This document shows, piece by piece, positions 50,571-60,616 of a stretch of DNA of 64,000 nt. The notes beneath the pieces were generated by a model. It was not told the DNA's origin. It saw only the letters and a program-made list of their open reading frames with translations, and did not search any database. The translations under genes were made by a program, and so were the position numbers. Every line of letters starts with the position of its first letter. Within the stretch, counting starts at the first letter, position 1. Source of the stretch: Calditrichia bacterium (GTDB lineage Bacteria > Calditrichota > Calditrichia > RBG-13-44-9 > J075); assembly GCA_050633245.1 (NCBI GenBank), contig JBOEGD010000014.1, forward strand, positions 9,918 through 73,917, given 5' to 3'.

Positions 50571-53018
50571 TCACTTTCGACTCCGCTCAGTCTGACGCGG
50601 ATTATCAGTCTTACTACTATTCAATAACTCAGTGTATTTTTCCACCTCTATTGGACGCGCTAAACTTTCATAAAGCTTAATAAGATATTTCAGGAGTGCA
50701 GCCTGCCTTTTTTGTAGCCGCTCGGGGTTCTTTTCAATCAATTCCAGACATTCCATAAAAAATGATTCAGCTTCAGAATAACGTTTTCTGTCTTGAAGCA
50801 GGCGAGCCATCGAATAGATGTAAACATAATTTCTATAATTCCCGGGCGGATAAGCCTTACGAGCAACTGTGACTGCCGCACGATAGTGCATTTCCGCTTT
50901 GTCCATGTCATTCTTCTTGCGATAAAAACGTGCAGCGGTTCTTTCCAATCGAGCCCTTTGAAAATGGTCTTTAGCAACTGTGCTGTTCGTTATGTCAGTC
51001 AGCTCCTGCAATGCCCTTTCGGCCTCTTCAAACCGCTGAAGATCCGTCAAATTTTTTACAATTCGTCTTAAATTATCCTTAACGTACGGATGCGCTGGCC
51101 CATGGGAGTCTTTGCTTATTTTTACCGAGCGGCGAAGTAATTTAATCGATGTTTCAAGGTCGCCATTCGTCATATGCAAACCGGCCAGGTTACTAAGAGC
51201 CAAACAGAGTCCTGGATGATTATCGCCATATATTCGCTCACGTCTCCAAAGAGACTCTTCATACAGCTTTTTCGCCTCATCCAGTCTCCCGGTACGACGG
51301 TATAATGCTCCCAGATTGTTTGCCACTATTGCGATCTGCGGATGGTATTCTCCATGATATTCTTTTGCCAGCGGCATCAGTTCATTATACATTTGTTCAG
51401 CTTCTTCAAGCCTTCCGGAGCGACTGTAACTGGTGGCAAGGTTATTCATACTGGTCAGTCTCTGATCCATATCGTCGACGGCTTCTGCCAGCTGTAATGC
51501 CTTCTCATATAGAAGCATTGCTTCTTCATCTTTCCTAAGACGACGCTGAATCTTTCCAAGTAAGTTAAGCACCTCACAGTGCTTCTTTGGGCTGTATTCC
51601 GAAAGCCTATTATTACCAGCATATTTAAGCGTAACAGTTAATAGAGATTCTGCCTCAACGTACTTTCCAGTATAATAAAGCGCATCGGCTAAAGTCTGGC
51701 GACTTTCAATTGTTTCAAAACTATCCTCTGAATAATGTTGAAGCGTTAAATCCAGTCCCTTTTTAAGGAGGTCCTTTGCCGGGTGCAGCAAACCTAATCG
51801 ACGATAAACTCTACCGATCGTACGCGTTAGCAATACCTTTTCTTTCGGCTGACCCTTCAGTTCACTTTCAATACGTCTTGCACCATTGTCCACTAATTTC
51901 TTTGCAGTAATATCGGTAGCATAATTACCACGTCTATTGTTGGTGTCAAAAAGGCCTTGAAGAAAACCGCTTAGTGTTTCCGCCCGCTTGAGCTGGCTAA
52001 ATGCCTCCTGCTGTTCCTGTTGTAGTCTGAATGTATAGAACATAACGGTGAGGAAGATTGTAAGGATAATTGCTGCTGAAGGAAGAACAACAAGCGCATT
52101 GCGCTGCAAATACTTTTTTAGTACATATCCGTGACTTTTCGGTTTTGCCGAAATGGGCAAACCAACAGCATAGCGATCAATATCTTCAGAAAATGCTTCA
52201 ACAGACGCATAGCGCATCTCTGGTTGTTTGTCCAAAGCTTTCAGGCAAATGGTGTCTAGTTCACTTGTTATTGAACCGATTTTATGAATACGCTCTGGTT
52301 CAACTCTGATTGATGGCTTTTCGATTTGAGTCTCAGTAATAATCCGGAGTGCCTGAAGGGCTGTTTTATTCTCAAGGTCAAAAAGAGACTCACCGGTTAG
52401 GATTTCATACAACACAACACCAAGCGAGTATATATCCGTCGCGGTTGTCAGCGCTTCACCTTTCACCTGTTCCGGACTGGCATAGGCAGGAGTAAATAGC
52501 TGTTTTTCAATCGTAGCGCTATTGGTGTTCTTCTCCTGCAAACGCGCCAGACCAAAGTCAAGAAGCTTAATATGACCATCGCTATCAACCAGAATGTGCT
52601 CTGGTTTCAAATCGCTATGGATAATCAGTTTTTGATGTGCATAACGAACCGCTGCACAAGCCTGCTGAAAAAGGCATAGTCTCTGAGGTAGTGAAAGATC
52701 GTTCTTTTTGCAGTAATGGGTAATGGAAACGCCTTCAACATACTCCATTACGTAATAAGGTTGGCCATCGGAAGTAATTCCGCCACCAAGCAGGCTGGCA
52801 ATTCCCGGGTGCTGTAAGCTCGCAAGAATTTGCCGCTCACGCGCAAAGCGGCGCATGCCACCTTTCGTTTGCCGAAAGGCCTGCATTAGCTTTATAGCAA
52901 CCTGCTGCTTATACCCACCATCAATGCGCTCTGCCAGCCAAACCTCCCCCATGCCACCGCTGCCAAGCGGCTCGAGGAGAGAATATGGCCCAATATGTTG
53001 ACCAGCCTGAAGAGGCAT
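50571..53018 (-). CDS. Hanks-type Ser/Thr kinase-TM-TPR protein (copy 2)
   Basis: LGSGGMGEVW, VAIK, HSDLKPEH, DFG, TPAYASPEQ and DIYSLG; one TM helix; kinesin-light-chain-type TPRs (HP....NNL). Confidence 0.93.
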   Translation of the reverse strand: MPLQAGQHIGPYSLLEPLGSGGMGEVWLAERIDGGYKQQVAIKLMQAFRQTKGGMRRFARERQILASLQHPGIASLLGGGITSDGQPYYVMEYVEGVSITHYCKKNDLSLPQRLCLFQQACAAVRYAHQKLIIHSDLKPEHILVDSDGHIKLLDFGLARLQEKNTNSATIEKQLFTPAYASPEQVKGEALTTATDIYSLGVVLYEILTGESLFDLENKTALQALRIITETQIEKPSIRVEPERIHKIGSITSELDTICLKALDKQPEMRYASVEAFSEDIDRYAVGLPISAKPKSHGYVLKKYLQRNALVVLPSAAIILTIFLTVMFYTFRLQQEQQEAFSQLKRAETLSGFLQGLFDTNNRRGNYATDITAKKLVDNGARRIESELKGQPKEKVLLTRTIGRVYRRLGLLHPAKDLLKKGLDLTLQHYSEDSFETIESRQTLADALYYTGKYVEAESLLTVTLKYAGNNRLSEYSPKKHCEVLNLLGKIQRRLRKDEEAMLLYEKALQLAEAVDDMDQRLTSMNNLATSYSRSGRLEEAEQMYNELMPLAKEYHGEYHPQIAIVANNLGALYRRTGRLDEAKKLYEESLWRRERIYGDNHPGLCLALSNLAGLHMTNGDLETSIKLLRRSVKISKDSHGPAHPYVKDNLRRIVKNLTDLQRFEEAERALQELTDITNSTVAKDHFQRARLERTAARFYRKKNDMDKAEMHYRAAVTVARKAYPPGNYRNYVYIYSMARLLQDRKRYSEAESFFMECLELIEKNPERLQKRQAALLKYLIKLYESLARPIEVEKYTELLNSSKTDNPRQTERSRK

Positions 53019-53145
53019 ACCATCACCCAGTTAGTAAGATCTACTAAAAACTACAAATACCTTGCGATAATTCGAGTGATGAATGGGAATGATTAAGGTA
53101 TCGAGAGTTTCTCTTATACATAGAGGCAATGAATTATAAAACTGC

Positions 53146-55563
53146 CTAATTTTCCGTAGATTCCAATAAAATCGCCCTAAACTTCTCTGCTTTTTCGGGT
53201 CGATCCATGCTGACATAGAGGCCAACTATTTTCTTTAGAAGAGGGGGATGTTCATTTGCCAATTGCGCGGCATTTTTTGAAATGATCTCGAGGCAGTGCA
53301 AGAATATCGGATCGGCTTCGTCATATCGTTTTTGTTCCTGAAGAAAATCCGCAAGAGAATAAGAGTACGTGTAATGTTTATGGTTGTCTGCCGGGAATGC
53401 CTTTCGTATAATGCGCACCGCCTCACGATAGTGAACCTCTGCTTCATCAGGCCTTTTCATGGCATGATACAGATCCCCGGCAGATTTCTTCACCCTGGCC
53501 ATTCTTTCATGTTCTACGCCAAATGCAGTTTTTGTTAGTTCAATTAGCTCTTGATGCGTTTCTTGAGCTTCATTGTAACGCTGCACTTTCACCAGATCAG
53601 AGATAATATTAATTAAATTGTCCAGCACATAGCGATGATCATTGCCATAAAACTTTCTGCTTATTTCCGTAGAGCGTCGACGCAACTTTATTGCATGCTG
53701 CATGTCGCCTTTTTCAGCATGTAAATCAGCCAGATAATTCAACACAGAACGCAGTTTCGGATGGCTTTCTCCATAAACTTTTTCTCTTAAGCTTAGGGAT
53801 TCCTGTAAATGCTGAATGGCTTTATCCGTCAGCCCAAGCTGCTGATATACGATTCCCAGACTAGACAAACTCGACGCCATGTGAGGGTGATCTTCTCCGA
53901 ACTGATCCTTGACCAATGGTATCAGCCTAATTAATATGTCTTCCGCCTCAGCCATCTTATTTGTTCTTCTATAGGTGTTGGCGAGGTTAAACATACTCGT
54001 TAGCGTCTGAACCGTGTCTCCGGCCTCTTCTCCCATTTTCAATGCCTGTTCCAATAGTGGTATTGTCTCACTGTATTTCTTCTGCCGTCGTTTCATCACA
54101 GCAAGGTCATTGATCACCGCACTATGTTGTTGAAAGCGATACTCCTCTCTCGTCTTATCACCTGCAACATGTAAAGCAATTGTTAATTGTGAATCTGCTT
54201 CAGCATTTTTGCCGGCATGCGACAACGCCTCGGCAAATGCGCGACGGCTTTCAATTAACTCTAAGCTATTCTCAGGAAACTCACCAAGAGCCAGTTCCAT
54301 ACCTTTTTGCTGAAATTTCTGTTCAAGATCCTGAAGTCCTAATCTGTAATACACTCTGCCAATTGTCCGCATCAGTATGGCCTGCATTTGAGGTTGATCT
54401 TTCAGTTCCACTTCAATGCGTTGTGCTCCCTGATCTACCAGCTGCTTGGCAGTCAGCTCAGCGGCATAGTTACCACGCCTCTCGCCGGTTTCGAAAAGCT
54501 GCTGCAAAAAATTGGTGAGTGATTCAGCACGTTGCTGCTCTTCGATGGCAGTAGTGCGTTCCTGCTGCAGTTTAAGCGTATAAAACGTTGTTGTAAAAAT
54601 GATTGTGGTAATGGCAACTGCCGCGAATACGCTGGCAAGAGCATGCCGTTGAACATACTTTCGGAATGTATAGAAACGACTTTCAGGCTTGGCAGCTATC
54701 GGTAATCCTGCTTCATATCGACTCAGGTCTTCAACTAGCGCTTCGACCGACACATAACGTTCTTCTGGCTTCTTTCGCAGCGCCTTCAGGCAAATTAGAT
54801 CGAGCTCTGGGGTCACATATTTGTTGGAGGAAGATTCACTATTACGGTGTTTTAGCGATGGACTTAAGGGTTCCTTTTCAGTAACAATCTTTAGCGTCTG
54901 AAGAGCCGTTTTATTCTCAAGATCGAAAGGATGGCTATTTGCCAGCATCTCATAGAGAACAACGCCAAGAGAATAAACATCTGCCGAAGTAGTCAGTACG
55001 TCACCGGCAATCTGCTCCGGACTCGCATAGGCAGGTGTGAAGAATGGCTCTTTGGCTAAGGTTTCACCACTTTGTTGCTCCTGAAGACGAGCCAGCCCAA
55101 AATCCAGAAGCTTAACATGGCCTTCTCTATTAATCAGAATATGTTCCGGCTTCAGATCGCTGTGGACAATCAGCTTCTGATGCGCATAGCGAACCGCAGA
55201 GCAGACTTTTTGAAAGAGGTTAATTTTCTGAGAGACAGAAAGAGAGTTTTCAGAACAATACTGAGTGATCGAAATGCCATCAACATATTCCATCACATAA
55301 TAAAGTTGCCCCTCATCAGTAATACCGCCATCGAGCAGGCGAGCGATTCCCGGATGCTGCAGGCTGGCAAGTATTTGTCGTTCTCGTGCAAAGTGATAAA
55401 TTCCGTCTGGCGTTTGCCGAAAGGCCTGCATCAGCTTTATAGCAACCTGCTGCTGATAACGACCATCGCTGCGTTCGGCACGCCACACCTCACCCATGCC
55501 ACCACTACCGAGCGGCTCGAGCAGGGTATAGACACCGATTTTTTGACCAATCTGAGGAGGCAT
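53146..55563 (-). CDS. Hanks-type Ser/Thr kinase-TM-TPR protein (copy 1)
   Basis: Same architecture and motifs as 50571-53018, collinear over the full length. Confidence 0.93.
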   Translation of the reverse strand: MPPQIGQKIGVYTLLEPLGSGGMGEVWRAERSDGRYQQQVAIKLMQAFRQTPDGIYHFARERQILASLQHPGIARLLDGGITDEGQLYYVMEYVDGISITQYCSENSLSVSQKINLFQKVCSAVRYAHQKLIVHSDLKPEHILINREGHVKLLDFGLARLQEQQSGETLAKEPFFTPAYASPEQIAGDVLTTSADVYSLGVVLYEMLANSHPFDLENKTALQTLKIVTEKEPLSPSLKHRNSESSSNKYVTPELDLICLKALRKKPEERYVSVEALVEDLSRYEAGLPIAAKPESRFYTFRKYVQRHALASVFAAVAITTIIFTTTFYTLKLQQERTTAIEEQQRAESLTNFLQQLFETGERRGNYAAELTAKQLVDQGAQRIEVELKDQPQMQAILMRTIGRVYYRLGLQDLEQKFQQKGMELALGEFPENSLELIESRRAFAEALSHAGKNAEADSQLTIALHVAGDKTREEYRFQQHSAVINDLAVMKRRQKKYSETIPLLEQALKMGEEAGDTVQTLTSMFNLANTYRRTNKMAEAEDILIRLIPLVKDQFGEDHPHMASSLSSLGIVYQQLGLTDKAIQHLQESLSLREKVYGESHPKLRSVLNYLADLHAEKGDMQHAIKLRRRSTEISRKFYGNDHRYVLDNLINIISDLVKVQRYNEAQETHQELIELTKTAFGVEHERMARVKKSAGDLYHAMKRPDEAEVHYREAVRIIRKAFPADNHKHYTYSYSLADFLQEQKRYDEADPIFLHCLEIISKNAAQLANEHPPLLKKIVGLYVSMDRPEKAEKFRAILLESTEN

Positions 55564-55676
55564 ATCACTATCCGATTAAGAATACCTGATAAAAGCTACA
55601 GATGGCTTAGATGAATAAACGTGATGGATTCTGCCGGATAAAGCAAGGAGGAATTTCAGAGAATGGAGGGAATTGG

Positions 55677-55709
55677 TTTCTTCAACCGCAATTCTTGCGG
55701 TTGAAGAAA
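55677..55709. terminator. Perfect 15-bp hairpin, probable terminator
   Basis: TTTCTTCAACCGCAA-ttc-TTGCGGTTGAAGAAA just downstream of 55718. Confidence 0.7.
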
Positions 55710-55717
55710 AAAGTAAT

Positions 55718-56170
55718 CTAGGCAGGCCAGATAATTTCATCGTCATCGCCATACTCGGGAAAGATGGTAATAGAGTCAACTTTGCCTTCAAGCAGCCAAA
55801 ACGATACGCCGCTTTTCTCAGAGAAATAGTCTTTCGAGTCCAGATCCTTAAAGTCATCTTCCAGTTCCAAATCTTCCAGCCCACGTTCCGCTGCCTTGGC
55901 AACAAAATTTGCTTCTGCTTCGCCGATTAACGAGTGTCCTAAAAAGGTATAGTCTTTTGCAAAAAACGTTATGGTACCGAGCTTAAAAGCATCACCCGAG
56001 TAAAACGTAATGTCTACTCCCAGCTTCTCATATTTTAGCGAAACATCGTTCGTGCCGTCTTCGAAGTTTTCCGTCTCGCGATGAGTCGCCGGACCAAGTT
56101 TGGCAACAACCTCTTCTTCAGTTAGACCAAACTGAATATCTGCAAAACCAATAAAGGGTTTAATTTCCAT
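55718..56170 (-). CDS. Acidic hypothetical protein
   Basis: IKP..G...I.FG.T..EV...LG.P-like N-terminus; AAGGT RBS. Confidence 0.75.
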   Translation of the reverse strand: MEIKPFIGFADIQFGLTEEEVVAKLGPATHRETENFEDGTNDVSLKYEKLGVDITFYSGDAFKLGTITFFAKDYTFLGHSLIGEAEANFVAKAAERGLEDLELEDDFKDLDSKDYFSEKSGVSFWLLEGKVDSITIFPEYGDDDEIIWPA

Positions 56171-56269
56171 TTTTTACTACCTTTCAATATTCGAATAAAA
56201 ATTAATTACAAAAGTGCTGCAATAAGTACTGAATCATTTGGTTGATAACAAGCATTTGTTTTCATGATA

Positions 56270-56803
56270 TCAAAAGTCGGTAAATCGGCCTATTCTCACT
56301 TGCATACCAAACCAAAACAAACGCCAATAGTGTTTCAAACCACTCACCTGCCAATTCACATCAAACTTACGGTGACCACCAGGCTCACGCCCTAAAGACG
56401 TAAAGTATTTATCTGCGTAGGGGGGAATGGGTATTTTCCAGTTAACGTCTACTTCGTGGTCTTTCTCTCTTAAACCATATTGGGGATCGTGAAGGATATA
56501 GCGAATATCGACAATCGTTTGTTCTTCAATCACTCGGTAAATTTCCAAGTTAATTTCATGAATTTTCGGATACAATGCCAGTAGCGTCGAAAGCAAAGTG
56601 GTAAGCTCACTCGGCATCTTCTTATGGTTCTCTTTATTTCGCCTTTTCATAGAGTCCTTAAGGCTTTCTCCATCACGAAACGTAACGTCCGACAAAATAT
56701 AGGCGCAACTATTTGGAATGGTATTCCAACAAAAATCTCTGGTACAATCGATTAGCTGATTCGTTGCCACCAGAATTTGACGTTCAAGAACATGCATAGC
56801 CAT
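56270..56803 (-). CDS. Hypothetical protein
   Basis: 177-aa ORF co-oriented with its neighbours; KFDVNW motif. Confidence 0.6.
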   Translation of the reverse strand: MAMHVLERQILVATNQLIDCTRDFCWNTIPNSCAYILSDVTFRDGESLKDSMKRRNKENHKKMPSELTTLLSTLLALYPKIHEINLEIYRVIEEQTIVDIRYILHDPQYGLREKDHEVDVNWKIPIPPYADKYFTSLGREPGGHRKFDVNWQVSGLKHYWRLFWFGMQVRIGRFTDF

Positions 56804-56945
56804 TTGGTACTCACTTTATTCAATAGTAAAAGCTAAATCTATCACCGCACTACGGGCAAAGTCATCATGCCCTCTAAATTCTCTGAACAGTATTGAATAC
56901 ACAATCTCAGCTCCATAACCCACAGTAATACAGTTGGTTTCTATT

Positions 56946-57791
56946 TCATTTTTCTTCTTCTACCTTAAACAGCTTCTCAAAAGCTCTATAGGCTGCCTGA
57001 TGAAGCGCATCACCATGATTATGCTTTTCCAGGAACTCGAAGAATAACGGCGTATCGGGTTTTGTCGATAACTTTAACTTGTCAAATAGCTCTTTTGCGA
57101 CGCGTTCCATAACCTCGCCCTCTTTTCCAACAGCAATATAGACAGACTTTTTTTCTTCGAATTTTACCGGCTGCTGTTTTAGCAGCGACTCATCATCCCA
57201 CCATAAACTCGGGCTAACTATGATATAATTCCTAAACAGGTCAGGTTTTCGGAAAAGAATCTCGGTTGCCAACAGTCCACCAAGCGATTGCCCGAGCAAC
57301 GTCTTCACAGGGCTCGTCTTATAATTACCGTCGATAAACGGCTGCAGCTCTTCTGCAAGAAAACGAATAAACGTTTGCGAACCTCCTGTCGTTGGGAAAT
57401 CGGCCAACAGCTCCTTATTCTCGGTCGGATAGGTAAAGTCTCGCTTTCTATCCACATTAGCAATGCCGACAACAATTGTTTCGGGAATCAGGTTTATCCA
57501 CGAGAACGAGCCAAACTGCACCAGACCGGCGATGTGAATAAAGTCTTCATCTGCCGAGCCATCCAGCAAATAAATCACCGGATAGGTTTTTGCAGAGTCG
57601 GCTGAGTAGCCATTTGGCAGGTAAATATTGATCGTTCGGTTTTCACTCAGAATAGCCGAACGGATTTCAATGGACTCACCAATTGTAAAGGCTTTCTTAT
57701 CTATAGTAATTAGTTCATCCTGGGCCAAACAGGTTCCGCTAAGCAGAATTATAATGAGAAAGAACATTGTCATCATTTTCATAAACACCAT
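56946..57791 (-). CDS. Secreted alpha/beta hydrolase (IroE/BesA-like esterase)
   Basis: Signal peptide, YPVIYLLDG, R.RDFT, GQSLGG nucleophile elbow, SPSLWW and a C-terminal His. Confidence 0.88.
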   Translation of the reverse strand: MVFMKMMTMFFLIIILLSGTCLAQDELITIDKKAFTIGESIEIRSAILSENRTINIYLPNGYSADSAKTYPVIYLLDGSADEDFIHIAGLVQFGSFSWINLIPETIVVGIANVDRKRDFTYPTENKELLADFPTTGGSQTFIRFLAEELQPFIDGNYKTSPVKTLLGQSLGGLLATEILFRKPDLFRNYIIVSPSLWWDDESLLKQQPVKFEEKKSVYIAVGKEGEVMERVAKELFDKLKLSTKPDTPLFFEFLEKHNHGDALHQAAYRAFEKLFKVEEEK

Positions 57792-57816
57792 TACCTTAGC
57801 TCTTTATTGCACTATT

Positions 57817-57851
57817 TTCACCGTTCACCGTTCACCGTTCACCGTTCACCG
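57817..57851. repeat. Heptamer tandem repeat (TTCACCG)5
   Basis: Five perfect copies immediately after the ABC transporter stop codon. Confidence 0.95.
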
Positions 57852-57852
57852 A

Positions 57853-59688
57853 TCACTCACGATACCCTTCCGCCTGCAAATGAAAAAGCTCTGCATAAAG
57901 CTGCTCGTTTTCCAGTAGCTCGGCATGTGAACCATTTTCCAGAATGCGACCATTTTCAAGCACTAAAATACGATCGGCCATGCGAACCGTCGAAAATCGA
58001 TGAGAAATAATTATGCTGGTACGGCCTTCAGTCAAACCAATAAAGCGCTGAAAAACTTCATACTCGGCCCTGGCATCAAGCGCGGATGTTGGTTCGTCCA
58101 GAATAATGATGGAGGCATCGGACATATAGGCACGGGCAATCGCCAGCTTTTGCCATTGCCCACCAGACAAATCCGTACCATTTTTAAAGCGCTTACCCAA
58201 CGGCTGTTCATACCCCATCGGCAATGCGGAAATAACATCATCTGCCAAACTGCGAACAGCAGAGTCTTTTATCTTTGCATCATTCTCGACGGCGTCAATA
58301 TGCCCAACAGCGATGTTCACTTTCGCGGTTAGGTAATACTTCACAAAATCTTGAAAAATAGCACCGAACAGCTTTTGATATTCAGCTTTGTCATAATGAC
58401 GTATATCTACGCCATCAAGAAGAATTGCGCCCTCCGTCGGTTCATACAACCTTAGCAAGAGCTTGATCAACGTGGTTTTACCTGCTCCGTTCTCGCCAAC
58501 AAAGGCAAGCTTCTCACCACGATCTAATCTGAATGAAATGTTTTCCAACACATAGCTGTCGGACTTTGGGTATTTGAAGCTGACGTTTTGAAATTCAACA
58601 CCTTTGTAGATTTCTTTCGGCGTTTCAAATTGCTCATAACCAATGTCATAATCAAACTCCATATCAATAAAGTCAAAATAGTCCTGAAGATACATGGCAC
58701 TCTCACTGATACGGGTAAAGCGGCTAAACATGGACTGAAGTCTCCCGCGCAACCGATTAAACGAGCCGGCCAAAAATGTCAGTTCACCAAGCGACACATC
58801 TCCACTAACCGTTCTAAGTACAATCAACACATAGGCGCCGTAATAAGCCGCATCGCCCAAGACATGAAACATCCCACCCCAGAGTGTCCGCTGTATCGCC
58901 AGCTTTTGCGTTGCGAGATAGTATTTATGTGCAAGTTTCTGAAACGTTTCACTGATAAAGTCAGCCAGTCCAAATAGCTTTACTTCCTTTGCAGTCATAT
59001 CACTCGCACCGATTAGGCGCATATAATCCAGCTCGCGACGCTCCGGCGTCCAGTGGCTTTGCAGAAGGTAATTCGAGCGGCTAAATTTCATCTCATTCAT
59101 AAAGGATGGAATGATTGATACGATCAGCAAAATGATCAGCAGAGGATAAAAATAGATCAGCGCTGAAACTAAAGAAATGATGGTAATGCTATCCTGAATC
59201 TGTGCCAGCACATTCGACAACAGCACGGTGCGGCTACTGGTCTGCCTGCGCGCACGCTCCAGCTTGTCATAAAATTCGGCGTCTTCCAGAAACTCCAGCT
59301 CGACCTTCGCCGTCTTCTGGATTAGCTCGACGGATGAACTGTTTGAATAGAGCATACCGATAAGATTGTCCGTTAGACCAACCAGGCGACCGAATATATC
59401 TCCCAATAGTGCCAGACCAAACTCAATAGCGATTAGCCAATACAGACGATCGAGCAGTGGGCTTGCAGCATCAATCTGCAAAACGACTTCATCAATAATT
59501 TCTTTTCCAACCCATAGCATTGCAACAGGAAGAAAGGCTTTGACAAGTCGAAGAAACATATTTGCGATAAATAGCTTGGGACTGGACTTAAAAACAAGTG
59601 AGAAAAAGCGCGGGAGAAATCGTAGTGAGTAAAGTGAACCGGGATTTCGGATTTGTTCGTTTTCTTTGTTTTCATTCTTTTTTCGAAT
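57853..59688 (-). CDS. ABC transporter fused permease/ATP-binding protein (start uncertain)
   Basis: TM domain, GENGAGKTT, LSGGQWQK, LDEPT and ISHR motifs. The frame stays open upstream of the ATG at 59559; proposed ATT start at 59688. Confidence 0.88.
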   Translation of the reverse strand: MRKKNENKENEQIRNPGSLYSLRFLPRFFSLVFKSSPKLFIANMFLRLVKAFLPVAMLWVGKEIIDEVVLQIDAASPLLDRLYWLIAIEFGLALLGDIFGRLVGLTDNLIGMLYSNSSSVELIQKTAKVELEFLEDAEFYDKLERARRQTSSRTVLLSNVLAQIQDSITIISLVSALIYFYPLLIILLIVSIIPSFMNEMKFSRSNYLLQSHWTPERRELDYMRLIGASDMTAKEVKLFGLADFISETFQKLAHKYYLATQKLAIQRTLWGGMFHVLGDAAYYGAYVLIVLRTVSGDVSLGELTFLAGSFNRLRGRLQSMFSRFTRISESAMYLQDYFDFIDMEFDYDIGYEQFETPKEIYKGVEFQNVSFKYPKSDSYVLENISFRLDRGEKLAFVGENGAGKTTLIKLLLRLYEPTEGAILLDGVDIRHYDKAEYQKLFGAIFQDFVKYYLTAKVNIAVGHIDAVENDAKIKDSAVRSLADDVISALPMGYEQPLGKRFKNGTDLSGGQWQKLAIARAYMSDASIIILDEPTSALDARAEYEVFQRFIGLTEGRTSIIISHRFSTVRMADRILVLENGRILENGSHAELLENEQLYAELFHLQAEGYRE

Positions 59689-60184
59689 GAGATAAACCTC
59701 CGTTAATGTTACGCAGCAATCCAGCGTTTATTTAACACATCATCGCAGACGGCTGCAAAAAAGTCTCTTTGCTATAAGAGACGAAAAGTTGTGCAGGTAT
59801 TCTTATTTGATATTTTGAAGCAGGAAAAGATACATTTCTTGTAATCAATGTAGTCCGACGGGAACCGGGCTACTAATTGAAACCCAGCGCTGTTCAGTTT
59901 AATCTTTGCCAACATAAATCTGATTTGTCGATTCTCGAATTGTGCGAATATACCATTCCGTTAACAGAACACCGCAATACATCACCACAAACTATAGCAT
60001 CAGCGCAATCATTTCCGTATCAACACGCCATCACATACTATTGGGCGCTCTCATGGGAAGGGATAGGTAAACCGCTAATATTTAGTAGAAAAAGCAGAGT
60101 CATTGAAATGGCCGAAAGAATTTTTCGGAATGCTGAATACAAGGAACTCTCTTTAAGTTGATATGTACAAATCTTTCCAAACCG

Positions 60185-60598
60185 TTAAGTAAACGGCAAA
60201 AGGTCCGGCTCAAGATAACGATGCTTCGCTTCCGGCAATTTGTAGATATCCATTTTGTAATGGTAGGCCATCAAATCTTTAAAATTTGTTTTCAGGCGCG
60301 GAAATTCAGTGATGAAATCGCCGAAGTTATCGGACTTCGATTTTTGCAGAAAATGATAAACAGCTTTAATTGCAGCAACGGTAACGGTTTCGTTATACTT
60401 ACCCGGATCACCATGGAAGGTGGCAAACTTTCGAATTTGAAGCGTAATATTTGCTATGGCCTGTTGCTCACCGAACTGAACAAGATGAATCCATGCCAGC
60501 CGCAAATGCGCTTCATGTGAAAATAAGGTTGGATTTAGTGTGAGATCAGAAAACTGCTGAGCAAATTCAGCATCGCTTAAACTAAAATGATCGTTCAT
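60185..60598 (-). CDS. Conserved hypothetical protein
   Basis: F.HEAHLRLAW, KYNET.T and EPDL.P motifs; AAGGGGG RBS. Confidence 0.8.
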   Translation of the reverse strand: MNDHFSLSDAEFAQQFSDLTLNPTLFSHEAHLRLAWIHLVQFGEQQAIANITLQIRKFATFHGDPGKYNETVTVAAIKAVYHFLQKSKSDNFGDFITEFPRLKTNFKDLMAYHYKMDIYKLPEAKHRYLEPDLLPFT

Positions 60599-60616
60599 AC
60601 TGCCCCCTTTAGTCAG

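Noticed and set aside
57628-58010. ORFs containing TVHRSPF repeats
   Set aside because: They are translations of (TTCACCG)5, antisense to real genes.
59433-59675. Independent 80-aa protein
   Set aside because: It overlaps the ABC gene out of frame, and the ABC frame gives the more protein-like sequence.
59877-60161. 94-aa plus-strand ORF
   Set aside because: TTG start without an RBS and no recognisable motif, although a decayed gene cannot be excluded.
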